Notes: generated by a model from the letters alone, not told the origin. A stretch of 64,000 nt of DNA from Eledone cirrhosa (GCA_964016885.1 OZ024743.1:147126001-147190000), one strand, 5' to 3'. Shown: positions 1-12,660, numbered from the stretch's first letter. Made by a program: numbers and translations.

Positions 1-188
1 TACTCCTGCAGTTTCCTTTCGCTGTTAAATGAAATAAATGAAATGCACACACACACACACATATATACATATATGCATACACACACAGATACATACATGC
101 ATACATACATGCGTACACACATGCATAATCTGCTTTTTAATTATAAATATATTTCTTAAATTACCTGTTATTCATCTCCCTATGTCCC

Positions 189-367
189 GGCAGTATCGGT
201 AGAGGGTCGGACGCCATGCTTTCCAGCATAGTTACGTCCCTTTACGATCTGAGTTCAAATCCCGCCGAGGTTGACTTTGCCTTTCATCCTTACGGGGTCG
301 ATAAAATAAAGTACCAGTAATGCACTGGGTAATTGCTGGCCTTGTGCCTAAAGTAGAAACAATTATT
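189..367 (+). mobile_element. tRNA-derived SINE, family S1 (short variant)
   Basis: A-box-like GGCAGTATCGG, B-box GAGTTCAAATCC, body GCCTTTCATCCTTACGGGGTCGATAAAATAAAGTACCAG, end GTAGAAACAATTATT; many near-identical copies in the window. Confidence 0.9.
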
Positions 368-559
368 TATTACTAACTCCATAATTGAATTTTTTTTAAT
401 GAATAACCTACTTATGGAGTGAAACAAATTATATACACATCTTAGAAGCCAGATCTCTTTGTAGAAACATATAAATGCACACGGACCACCCTCTCTCTGT
501 CTCCCCCCCCCCCACATATATATATATATATGATATATATATATATATATATATATATG

Positions 560-592
<33 letters not shown>

Positions 593-769
593 TATGTGTG
601 TGTATGTGTGTGTGAGTGAGTATTGTGGGTTTCTGAGTATTTTCCGTTCTTGTACAATTTAAATATATTAACTAATTTTGCCAATTCAACATTTTCATTA
701 CAAACACACATACACGCACTCATGTACACACACATGTATATACATACATATGTATACATCCTTTGCACA

Positions 770-890
<121 letters not shown>

Positions 891-1139
891 GTATGTATAT
901 ATGTATGTATATTTATATAATTGAATTTAAAAGAGAAGTGTTCAAGGTGATATTATTTCAAAGAGCTGTAAATGTAGACCTTTCGGAAGAAGGAGAAGAA
1001 GAAGAAGAGAAAACTTCTGTCAAAGTGAAAGATTTTGTAATACTGTTTATAGATTTCAATAGAAATTGTTGAAATGAATAGACTGGTGTGTTTTTAAAGT
1101 GAGAGGGTTCAAGTGGAGTAATTGTATTTATATTCCTGG

Positions 1140-1465
1140 TCAGCATCATCATAACCATTATAATCACCCTTACGACCACCGACATCACCGACATCACCAC
1201 CACCACCACCACCACCACCACCAACATCACCCAACCACTCACCATCACCCCCACTACCACCATCAACTTCACCCAATATCATCCAACCACCCACAATACT
1301 ACCATCATCACCCCCACCACTAACACTACCATCATCACCCCCATCACCACCACCACCATCATCATCATCATCACCCCCAATACCACTATCGTCATGAACA
1401 TGGTTGTGACCATCATGATCCTCATCATGTTTATCATGATTAATATTACAATTATCATCATGTTT
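1140..1465. repeat. (CAC/CAT)n low-complexity tract
   Basis: Degenerate trinucleotide repeat; source of His/Val/Asp-rich spurious ORFs. Confidence 0.9.
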
Positions 1466-1809
1466 CTTTTTAATCATTATGCACTGGGTAATTGCTGGCC
1501 TTGTGCCTAAAGTAGAAACAATTATTGATAGCAGCTATTTCGCAATATTTTTTTAACTACTTCACTTATGTTACAATTGCCCATGTTGTTTACTATACTT
1601 ATATATAAAATTCCTACTGAATGCAAACCTACCCTGTCTAGTATAATTGTTTGGAACAGCAAAATTCCTGTATATTAACAAAGATGAGCTCTTCTTCAAA
1701 TGTGAGCGTTTTTATATAAATCACTGAAGAAGAGAATATAAATCGTCGATTGTTTTGAAGTACACATCTTTTTGACTCGGATTATATATATGTATTTTCA
1801 TCTGTAATC

Positions 1810-2070
1810 ATGGGTAGCACGTTGCAACTTTGAACAAGACACTTTATTTCATGTTTCTTCAGTCCACTCAGCTGGCAAAAATGTATTGTACCTGTAATTC
1901 AAGAGGCCAGCCTTATCACACGTTGTGTCATGCCAAATCTATCAGTGAACTTTGTTAAGGGTGCACAATTCTGAGGAATTCTCAGGCTAATTTCATGCGC
2001 AGGCAGGTTTTTTTTTTTTATTAAATCAACCAGGGATCTTCTCATCAGAAACGACGGCAGTCCAACAACA
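1810..2070 (+). mobile_element. SINE family S3, degenerate
   Basis: TTGAACAAGACACTTTATTTC...CAGTCCACTCAGCTGGCAAAAAT shared with the copy at 55248-55565. Confidence 0.65.
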
Positions 2071-4322
2071 CAGAAACAAAATGGCTGATAATTATTGTCT
2101 ACGTAATAATCCTGAAACACAGGATCGTCAGTCAAAGAAGGAGAGCAAGCTATCATTTCCCTTTGCAAGCACATCTGTCAGTCGAACTGTCCTTAAGGAC
2201 TAACAAAATGTGATGGCTGCTGCTCTTCCACCTAAGCCATTAAAGCATTATATATATATATATTTTACTTTTACTAAACCTCAATTGTACAAAGCAGAGA
2301 GTGAATTAGACAAGTACTAGAACATTGGTCGAAATGCTTTGCAGGATTTATTCTAGCCTCTTGCATTCTGAGCTTAAATTCTACCCAGGTCAATTTTGCC
2401 TTTCATTCTTCTGGAGTTAATACATAAAATACTCTGCCACAAGTATTCTAGTGAGATCTTTATTTTGAAGATACTTTTCCTCGCTCCTTTTCACCAATCT
2501 CAAAAGATATGAAAGGCATCATGGACACTGTCCTTCCTCCTCACTTTGGGGTAAAAATAAATGGCATGTGGTATCTCTTCTAGATGTTTTCATTCTGAGT
2601 TCAAATTCCACCTCCTATCTGGAGGCTAATGATACAATATGGTATTTGAACATAGAATGCAAACATCTAAAACTGATACGACAAGGCATCATGTCTCGTG
2701 CTTAAACATTTCCTCAAATTTGTTGTCTGAGTTGATACTTCATGTATTGACTCCAACACATTGAAGGGCAAAGCTGACCCTGGCGAATGCAGATAACTGG
2801 AACAACTACCACAAAGCCTGTTATCTATTGCTTTAATGATTTTGCTACTTTTTACATTGATTCTTTTATTTGATATGTATAGAAAAATGTTCAGTACTCA
2901 TGGCTGTTACAGGTAGTGTGGGACGAGAGAGATTAACGCCATTGATGCTCTACTTAACCTGTTGTGTGTCGACTCCTTTGTTGTCAATAGATTAATGACT
3001 ATTGTCGAATTTATCTAATTTATTAATTATCATAAACAATGAATGAAACCTTACACTATTTCATAAAAACAGCTGGTTGAATTTATGTTAATTCCATTTT
3101 CTATGCTATATCCCATTGTTTTATAAATCTTTGAATATGAAGTTTAATTATGTCTTACCATAAATTGATACAAATAAATCTTTTTTGTGATGTATTCTAA
3201 TAAGAATTTATCATAGTTCATCTTACAATTCTTTGCTATTTAATTAGTTTGTTTAACATGAATTATATTTTATTTTGAAATATAATTCTTTAAAATAAAG
3301 AATATTTCAAAATAAAGAATCATATTTTAACATTGAATGTAATTTATAAATTACAATATTTCATATAATAATTACTTAATTATTAACTAACAGCCATCCT
3401 TTGGACAAAGCTTGCACTATTCTGGAAAATAAATGCATCCGTTGATTTTTTTTTTTAATAGTTATAATTTGAATTTTATAATGCATTGTTTATATTAAAA
3501 TTTAAACATAATCAAAGAATTGTAATTTCAGAAATAGCAGAAGATCAATCAGTCATTTGAAGCTGTATACGTAAGATGTATTGTTTCTTTGTTGGTTGAT
3601 ATTTAGCACCGGCCTGTCTCTGATAGAACATATGTATTATCAAAAGTGATTTCCCCATGACCCTCCCATATTTTTGTATATCAAGGACTACATTCTTTGA
3701 CGTGTCCTCTTTTGTAAAATGCTTGAGCTTCGTTTTGAGGGAGATTTGGCTGCTACTTCCAGCAAGTTGGGAGTTTGCATAGGGAATTCCTTAATTTCAT
3801 ACTTGATTCCCAAATACATAATCTCAAAATGGAGACCATCTGTCAATATGATGAGATTTGGTAACTATTTCTAGCAGGTTGAGAGACCTCCTAGAAGCTC
3901 TTCCATTGGCTCAATTCCAGACTTGTTTCTGTTATACATAACAGAATGAAAACTATTTACAAATATGATAAGACGTTGCTGCAAGATGCATAGAACTTCT
4001 CTCATTCTTTGATTCCTATGCTTGTTTCTAATATGTCATCTCAGAATGGAAATCATCTATCATCATGAAAAGATTCAGGGCACCAACTCGTTAGGAATAT
4101 ATTTAATTGAATTTCTAATATTTCCAATGGTGGAGTTGCAGAATTTGTAGACCGTTGGATAAAATGCTTTTCCGGTATTTGTTCTGGCTCTCTACATTTT
4201 GAGTTCAAATTTACCTTTCATCCTTCCAGGGATTGATTTAATTAGCTTTATTATTCCCCCAAAATTGACTGGCCTCTGCCTAAATTAGAAATCAATATTC
4301 TACACTCCATAAATTAAACAAA

Positions 4323-4467
<145 letters not shown>

Positions 4468-4643
4468 CAAACATCACGGACGCTCTATCCCAAAATTATT
4501 TTTGAAAAGCATTAGAAATGCGCAACCGGTAAAACTTAAAACCAAAACTGAATACTAACCAATACTATTACTAATTCTCACTTATTCCTAATTAAACTAT
4601 TTTTCACTGTGAACAATTTGTCAGCATTTTCTTTTCCATTTAC

Positions 4644-4717
<74 letters not shown>

Positions 4718-4862
4718 TATAAACACATATAAATTGGTAAAAAATGACATTTCTTTACAATTGTCCATATGTATTGGGTTACACAATATAGTGATGGCTA
4801 AAATTGGTAACACACGTCTCACTTTAAACTTCAAGTTGTTCAACATTATTTTCTGAATCATA

Positions 4863-4985
4863 AGGTCTGAGTTCAAATCCCGCCGAGCTTAACTTTGCCT
4901 TTCATCCTTACGGGGTCGATAAAATAAAGTATCAGTAATGCACTAGGATAATTGCTGGCCTTGTGCCAAAAGTAGAAACAATTAT
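4863..4985 (+). mobile_element. 5'-truncated SINE S1 with 17-bp target site duplication
   Basis: ATTATTTTCTGAATCAT at 4846-4862 and 4981-4997. Confidence 0.9.
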
Positions 4986-5680
4986 TTTCTGAATCATTAC
5001 TTAATTATTTGACTACTTTTACTATCTCAAATACAATAACCTTTATATTTACTCATTTTGTTTTCTTTAAGAATGTAAGGAATGTATGAACATACACTCA
5101 ACAGTCAAACCAAGGTTTAGTTATTTGCAGGTTATTTTTTGTTTAAAAATGTAAATGTGTAATTATTCATTATTTTATTCTTAATTTATCATTAACCTAA
5201 AATTGTGCAGACTATATTTCTATATTCTAAACAATCCTATATAATGAATTCAAACTGGAACATTAGGTATAATACGTAAAAGCATAATATAAAAGAAACC
5301 CAAACTTATTTTGCTTTATTTATATTCTCCATTAACCGATTATATTTAACATAAACTAATATATTATTAAGTTTTTGGCAAGTATATTATAGAGGTTTGG
5401 CAAACATTAAGAGCCCAAATATAATGCTTATAGAGAACTGTAATTTCTTCCTCTGAGTTCTCAAAGACACTGTTTAATTGAAATAAATATGGTTTGGTAA
5501 TCATGTATTTCATATTTTAGCATAAGTCAATTGCCAAATCATCTGATTGCACAGCAGTAAATTTCATTCTAATTCTAAGCTTGAAATAAAATTATTTTTA
5601 TTATTTGCATGATGTCAGTTTTTCTATTGTGATCAAATTAAATGAAATTAACAATTTAATTTAAAGTATTTTTTTTTTAG

Positions 5681-5741
5681 TGCAAATGATTAATAGTGCC
5701 CTAGAGTATTTTCGATGGTGGCTGGTTAAGGCATGGCATGG
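5681..5741 (+). CDS. possible isolated coding exon (xQMINSALEYFRWWLVKAWHG)
   Basis: Poly-T AG acceptor, GTGAGA donor, open frame in non-repetitive DNA; no protein recognised. Confidence 0.2.
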
Positions 5742-6428
5742 GTGAGAGATTTAAATCACAGACAGAATAGCATAACAGTTGACCAAAGTTTAACAATTGG
5801 CATTTCAACTGAGGAGTTTAAAGATTTGTGTGAAGACTGTGTATTCACACACACACAGACAAAACACACACACACACACACACACACACATACCCAGACA
5901 GAGACACAAACACACATATACACACATACACACACACAAACACATACATACAATATCCTACAAAATATAAATTTATTAGAATATATTCTGATAATCAGGT
6001 TAATCTAACATATCAATTCTTTAATAAATTAGATAAATGTTTTTCTAACAATATTTAACATTCTGATTAATTTTTATTGAAATATAAAACTATAAAATAT
6101 TCACCGAGGGAAATAAATTAGCAAATCAAAATCAGCTGTTAATGGCATAAACATTGAAATAACCATTGTAACCATTTATTTCCTTATGCTGGCATGGATT
6201 GGATGGACTTCACCATTTGTATATGTTTTAGTTTGTTAGTTGGTGGAAGAGTATGTTTCAATAACACAGAAGTCTTACTGGGCTTTAGTTTCATTTGTAT
6301 GAAACATGGTAGGAATGGTAAAGAACTGGACAGAATGTTTGTGGTGTTTATTTACACTCCGTTATGCTCTGAGTTCAAATCTCATTGTGGTCAAATTTGC
6401 CTTTTATTCTTTCAGAATTGATAAACTA

Positions 6429-6614
6429 AAGTGAAATTCCGTTATAACGAAATTCACGGGGTATAAAACAATTCGTTGTAATGGAAAATTCTTTATAACG
6501 AGATCGACCTATACAAATCGAACGTTTGTTTGTTATTATCCTAGAGAATGAAAAGAATTTCGTTATAGTGAAAAATTCATTATAATGGTATTCGTTATAA
6601 CGGAATTTTACCTG
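6429..6614. mobile_element. MITE, Tc1/mariner-pogo type
   Basis: Terminal inverted repeats GTGAAATTCCGTTATAACGAA / TTCGTTATAACGGAATTTTAC, internal TTCGTTATA subrepeats, TA at the right end. Confidence 0.7.
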
Positions 6615-7700
6615 TATAAACTAAATACTGGAAATAATTTAATTGGCTATATACCTCCTCAAATTATCTGCTACAGTATATGCTACAAAGCATTATTTTA
6701 TGTGTGGAAATCAATAATCTAATGTTCAAACTAATCAATTTAACAATGTTATATTTTCATTTTAATATTTCTTACTTTTAGCTCAATTATCATCAATTAT
6801 TTGTCTAAACAGCCATTAATTTTCTATAACACCACTTTTGAACTCATCACTCCTCCCATTTTCTATAATATACAGACCTGCTACCAACCTTCTGTTAGTG
6901 TCAGACTAGTCAATGCTAGCGAACCTTTGAATTGACAGGAACTTTCTATTCTTGTCTAATACTCATATAATAGCAATATTCTATTCAGACTAACAGTTCA
7001 ATACTTGAAAGTTAAAGACCAGGCACGGTAATGTCTGGATGTCATAAGATGAGATATTTGAAAAGGAGATAGTGGTCGTTATACTATAAGGTTATAGGGG
7101 AGAGCAGCATACACATTAAATGAACAAATTATTGTAGTAAATGTTGAAGCAAGGAAGTGTAGGTGAAGATGAGAGGGGAGCCAACGGTAATAATATTTAA
7201 GACAAATGAAGCAGCTATTATACACATGAGTACAGTTGATTAAACATGTATGACTGTACATGTATACATATTATGAAATAATAAAGAGAGCTCCATTGAA
7301 TCATTCATAAGCAAATGATGAACTCCTAACCACGATACCGCACCAGACAATAATTAAAGGATACATTAAATAAGATTAATTATAGACGAACTTCTAGTCA
7401 TAAAACTACAATAAAACTGAAAGGAAATAAATTTAAGCAGTTGTCCAGTATGGCCGCATATGTACATCGCCTTTCTTTATTTCCTCTTCCAGTCACTTCA
7501 GTGCACCAACACACTTCTACATTGTCCCCCTCCTCTTTCAATCTTTTCTATATTTCATCTGCCTGTCACCCACCTTGTGGATTGTCTCTCTGTTGACCAC
7601 TGACCGCTAGTCTCTGATCTCTGATGCATTTTTGCCCATCGCTATCTTTAACAGCATTTAGTTGTTTAACGGCTGTTCTAGCGATGTGTTTTCTCGATTT

Positions 7701-7755
<55 letters not shown>

Positions 7756-8059
7756 ATAATAATAAATGTGAAGACTAAAATTTTAATATATATATATATA
7801 TACTTTAATGGCTTCAGTCATTGGACTGAACAAATGGGGTAGCAAAGATCACCCAGAGATAGCTAAATGCTAACCTAGAAGGCATGAGATTTGCCAATGT
7901 CCAGCGATGTGGGGATCCGAGTCATGAGCTGTGTTACCCCACAAAATCTAGGTTAGTATAAATCAGGATATGGGTGAGGAAAAGTGTTTTTGAAATGACA
8001 TTGGTTCACTTAGCATCTCTGACGGCTGGAAATACTGCTATGAGAGAGAGATGAATGTA

Positions 8060-8450
8060 ACGAATGAGTGGGTGGAAGAGAGACTACTCCCAGCTAACAA
8101 ATGAGAGGGACCATCTATGGAAATAGATGGTCAAAGAGGTAATCAAAGAGATGAAAAATGGTAAAGTCGCTGGACCGACAGAGATGGTCGCTGAGATGCT
8201 GAAAGCGTCTGTGGAAGTAGTAACCGAACTAGACAACCTGATAATCAATCAGGTGACACAGGATAGATTCACACCCAATGACTGGCGAAGAAAAATAGCC
8301 ATTAATTACGAGAAGGGTAAATGTGAGCCTCTAGAAAGTACCAACTGAGCATAAAACTAATGGATGAAGTTATGAGCGCGACAGAAAGAGTTCTAGCACA
8401 ATTAATTAGGGAAAGAGTCAATTTAAATAGGACGCAGTTCGGTTTTGTGA
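8060..8450 (+). pseudogene. RTE-clade LINE reverse transcriptase N-terminal fragment
   Basis: VKEVIKEMKNGKVAGPTEMVAEMLK...PNDWRR...KGK, then after a stop/frameshift IKLMD...ERVL...TQFGF. Confidence 0.85.
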
Positions 8451-8575
8451 TATGGATGATGATCGCTTATCGAAGAAGTGCAAAGAAACCCCACTCGAAG
8501 GAAGCCGCAATATTGCCTCATATTGCCTCATATTGCTGACGCCAAAAATCCGTCCAAACATGCCAGCATGGAAAA

Positions 8576-8673
<98 letters not shown>

Positions 8674-8681
8674 TATATACA

Positions 8682-9230
8682 TATAGCACCACACCCAACT
8701 TCGCAAAAAACATCACCTCCTCAAACAACAAGAAACTCAACTCCTACGGAAGAAACAACTTAGACATTAGTGGAGAGCCGACCAGGAGGTGTAACTGCCC
8801 TGATAGATCTACGTGCCCCCTCAACAACAGATGCAGAGAACCTAACGTGATCTACCAATGCAACGTGAGGACGGAAAACTCCAAAAAAGTCTATATAGGA
8901 TTAACCATCTATGACTTTAAGACCCGGCTCTACCAACACCGACATACGTTCAGTAACCCGGCCCAGCGACATGTCACTACACTTTCGGGCCACATCTGGG
9001 ACCTCCAAGATAATAACATAACATACCATCTTACTTGGAGCTTACTCTCCAGGGCTAACTCCTACACGGGAGGACGCCGTCCGTGTAACTTATGCTCGGA
9101 GGAAATGATACAAATGCTGTTTACGAAAGACCAACTCCTAAATAAAAAAGACGAACTTGTAACCGCATGTAAACACCGATTGCGTAGGATTTACCTTGCC
9201 TTCAAACCTCCTCACGACCCGGGTGGGTAG
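8682..9230 (+). CDS. Penelope-like element GIY-YIG endonuclease, 5'-truncated, Naiad-type Cys pattern
   Basis: CNCPDRSTCPLNNRC linker, NVIYQC...VYIGLT, FKTRLYQH, LSGHIW, CNLCSEE, LLNKKDEL..ACKH; the ORF portion upstream of 8682 is only (TA)n read-through. Confidence 0.92.
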   Translation, partial: YSTTPNFAKNITSSNNKKLNSYGRNNLDISGEPTRRCNCPDRSTCPLNNRCREPNVIYQCNVRTENSKKVYIGLTIYDFKTRLYQHRHTFSNPAQRHVTTLSGHIWDLQDNNITYHLTWSLLSRANSYTGGRRPCNLCSEEMIQMLFTKDQLLNKKDELVTACKHRLRRIYLAFKPPHDPGG

Positions 9231-9806
9231 ACAATGTCTGTAACATCTTTCTTTTCCCCACTTGCTTTACAAGATAGAGGAAACCCCAGCACACATAGTT
9301 AGATGTAATACTTTTCTTTTTTTCCCCTTTATCTCTTCTTCTCACTTCCTTCCACCCCCTCTCCTCTTCCTTTTCCTTTTTCCTCTTTCGTTTACCCTGA
9401 GGCAGCTTATGGGGCTTTTGTAGCCTCAGTACCCCCACCCCCCTGAATTCTATATTGCATTGGCTGAAAACGCAACACCAGCTAAAAATATAGCAACTGT
9501 TTTAGGCTGTAGTTTTTTTTAAATTTTATAATTTCCCATTTTCAGATTCCTGGATAATTCTATTTTCGCTTGCTTTCTAGCTAGCCTACTTCATCCACAC
9601 TCCTTATAATTTGCTGTATAGAATTTACTTTTAACGCTTGACTTGCTTCACCCACTCCCTCATTGTTCTACAGGCAAGTTCCGCCACCCCCACCCCTACC
9701 CGCCTCCATTAACGATTTAACTGTGTTTACAAGACATTTCGACCAATCCTTTTGATAACTACAACCTTCAGAAATGCCTGATTATCGCATGCCCATATAT
9801 GGAATT

Positions 9807-9901
9807 ACACCTTGAAGAGTTCGGCTAGATCATTACCATGTTAAAAATTTAATTTAGTCCAGAAATAGACATCGAAATGGCTTGAGCTCTGCCGTCGGGG
9901 T
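9807..9901 (+). ncRNA. hammerhead ribozyme family A, decayed copy at the 3' end of the PLE
   Basis: ACACC-TTGAAGA-stem II-GAAA-TGGC(TTGAGCTCT)GCCG-TC-GGGGT. Confidence 0.6.
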
Positions 9902-9934
9902 CCTGAACCTTTTCCTATATATATATATATATAT

Positions 9935-10260
9935 AGGAAAAGTATGACCCCGACGGCAGAGCTCAAGCCGTTTCGACGGCTATTTCTGGACAAAAGTAAG
10001 AGTGTTTTTAGTCTGATAAATAAATAGCCGAACTTTTCAAGGGGTACTCCCTTATATGGGAAGATTGTAGTTGTCAAGAGCATTGGTCAAAATTTGTAGC
10101 AGACACAGAAAAGTCTATCATGGCAGTGGGGGTGGAGGTGGCTGAACTTGCTTGTAGAACAATAGGGGAGTGGGTAGAGCCGATCAAGCGTTGAAGGTGA
10201 AATCTACACGGCAAATTCTCAAGAAAGTGTAAGAAAGTAGGCCAGGGGAGGTAGGCGAAA
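9935..10260 (-). mobile_element. diverged PLE family A 3' region, tail-to-tail with the preceding copy
   Basis: Reverse complement aligns with about 9580-9915 (CCCACTCCC..ATTGTTCTACA.GCAAGTTC.GCCACC). Confidence 0.8.
9947..10045 (-). ncRNA. hammerhead ribozyme family A (U3-A8 core, long stem II)
   Basis: ACCCC-UUGAAAA-G UU CGGCUAUUU..AAAUAGCCG U C-GAAA-CGGC loop GCCG-UC-GGGGU. Confidence 0.75.
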
Positions 10261-10285
10261 AAAGGTTTCCTTAGAAAATGGAGGA

Positions 10286-10371
10286 GGGACGTTATAGAAA
10301 AGGTAAATCAAATGAGATTTTTTTTTCTTTGTCCCCTAATCTCATTTGATTTACCTTTTCTATAACGTCCC
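10286..10371. repeat. perfect 34-bp inverted repeat with 18-bp spacer
   Basis: GGGACGTTATAGAAAAGGTAAATCAAATGAGATT and its reverse complement. Confidence 0.95.
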
Positions 10372-10441
10372 ATATACTCTTGGTTCTATTCTGTATCAGC
10401 TGCTGAGCACATAGACATTAATATATATATATATATATATA

Positions 10442-10526
<85 letters not shown>

Positions 10527-10623
10527 CCTGGTTTAATTGTTTTTTTGTATGGTTGATTATGCTAATTGGGAGAGGAAATGGTGTATATATCTTATCAAAT
10601 AATTCTATGGACATAATTTATAG

Positions 10624-10658
<35 letters not shown>

Positions 10659-10804
10659 GTGTGTGTGTGTGTGTGTGTTTAAACAAACATTGGATGTGTT
10701 GTAAATTATTGTTTTTAAACGAAATGTGGAGCAAAAATTCAATTATGTCTTTTTATCTATCTTTCTATCTATCTATCTATCTATCTATCTATCCATCTCT
10801 CTGT

Positions 10805-10844
<40 letters not shown>

Positions 10845-10848
<4 letters not shown>

Positions 10849-11524
10849 TTCGTTTAGCAAGATACTTTATCTGAAAACGTGTGTTGAAACCGATATTGTT
10901 ATGCTTTGGGAGGGTCATGTTGCCAATAAGAAACACACGCACCAGTTACTTTCACTTCAATTTATTATAAAATAAATTTATAAATTTAGGAATTTATAAA
11001 TTTCGGGTTAGTTGGTTGGTTCCACAACCAGACGATTGTTCATATATTGTTAAGGTTCTTTCGTCACACATTCTGTGACCTCTTCAGTGACTGGTGATTC
11101 TTTTCTTTGTTTTTGTGCCTCTCATTTGTTCTGTCCTACGCCATCTTGTTTTTGTGTGTTGTGTGCTTAGTTTGCGCATGTGTTACATCCGGTTGTCTAT
11201 GTGTGTTTATAGTTGTTTGTTTATTTACATGTTACTGGTTGGTTGTTTGTTCTATGTGTGTGTGTTTCATTTTGTCCTTAATTGTAAGTTGTGATGTTGC
11301 TGTTCCACTCATGTTTTCTATTTTCTATTTAATTTTGGTTGGAGTTCATTTATGTTTATTGCTTCTGTGATTTGTCTAAACATTGCGTCTTTTCTGTGTG
11401 TAGAATCTATTTTTATTTCTATGTTCTCTAATTTAACCTTATGTTCTATTTTAGCATGTTGGTGGAGTACAGATGATTCTTTACTATCTTGTAGCTCTCG
11501 CCAGTGTTCGTTTATTCATTCTCC
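10845..11524 (-). mobile_element. second PLE 3' fragment (GIY-YIG C-terminus, 3' UTR, decayed HHR)
   Basis: Minus-strand 11520-11300 reads INEHWRELQDSKESSVLHQHAKIEH...MFRQITEAININELQPKLNRK[HEWN]; CUGAAGA-stem-GAAA at 11087-11059; bounded by (TA)n. Confidence 0.8.
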
Positions 11525-11610
11525 TATATATATATATATAGAGAGAGAGATGGATAGATATTTATAATTGGACCTTGAAACTTTGGGTAGCGCCTTTTAG
11601 TCCGTGTATG

Positions 11611-11743
<133 letters not shown>

Positions 11744-11744
11744 T

Positions 11745-11777
<33 letters not shown>

Positions 11778-11814
11778 TTATATATATTTATATATATTTA
11801 TATATATATTTATT

Positions 11815-12133
11815 TATTTATTAAAATAACAGATTAAAGTTTAAACAAATAATCGCTGCTTTCACCCTTAACGGGATCTTCTGAAACTAACAAAGTCAAT
11901 CTGTGAACGCTGAAGTGAATATTTAGAAAAACGTTGCAACCGGAGGAAGACAGGAAGACGATACTTTGGTTCGTGGAAACGTTCCCTGGCAAAGAACGGG
12001 GAAAAACGAATATAATACGTCATTATTTGGAGCGGTGAAAAACAATTACACGTACAGTTCTTATATATTTGATATATATTTATCCTTATCGAGCCCTCTT
12101 TGGATTTTAGTCTTCAAATTTATTATTATTACT
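11815..12133. mobile_element. HHR family C element: inverted arm (11815 to about 12050) plus forward tail
   Basis: Both parts shared with 19166-19390; HHR fold on the minus strand at 11829-11904. Confidence 0.75.
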
Positions 12134-12217
12134 ATATATATTTCAAATCCATATTTAATAAAAACACCATGTTATTTATTATTCATTCTGACGACTGAAG
12201 ACAGATGTAAATATATA

Positions 12218-12582
12218 TAATTGTTTCTACTATTGGCACAAGGCCAGCAATTACCCAGTGTATTACTGGTACTTTATTTTATCGACCCCCATAAGGATGA
12301 AAGACAAAGTTAACCTCGGCGGGATTTGAACTCAGAATGGCACGGGCCGTAACTCTATGCGCCAAAGCATGGCGTCCGACCCTCTACCGATACTGCCAAT
12401 CCACTGTATATAATTGTTTCTACTTTTGGCACAAGGCCAGCAAATACGCAGTGTATTACTGGTACTTTATTTTATCGACCCTGTAAGGATGAAAGGCAAA
12501 GTTAACCTCGGCGGTTAACTCAGATCATATAGGGACGTAACTACGCTGGAAAGCATGTCTGACCCTCTACCAATACTGCCAA
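12218..12582 (-). mobile_element. two tandem SINE S1 copies
   Basis: Reverse complements of the 189-367 sequence. Confidence 0.9.
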
Positions 12583-12660
12583 TTGACAATGCTTTCAAGA
12601 AACCACTGGTAAATGAAATAATTATCTGATGTTGTTTATTACATCACTATATATTCTATT

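Noticed and set aside
920-1140. Minus-strand Ser/Thr-rich frame resembling a receptor N-terminus
   Set aside because: In-frame stop, no splice support, flanked by simple repeats
2095-2135. Minus-strand CUGACGA-UCCUG/CAGGA hairpin
   Set aside because: GAAA and stem I absent
8682-9800. Selenoprotein-type Naiad (UGA for Cys, SECIS)
   Set aside because: No in-frame TGA in the preserved frame and no SECIS recognised by eye
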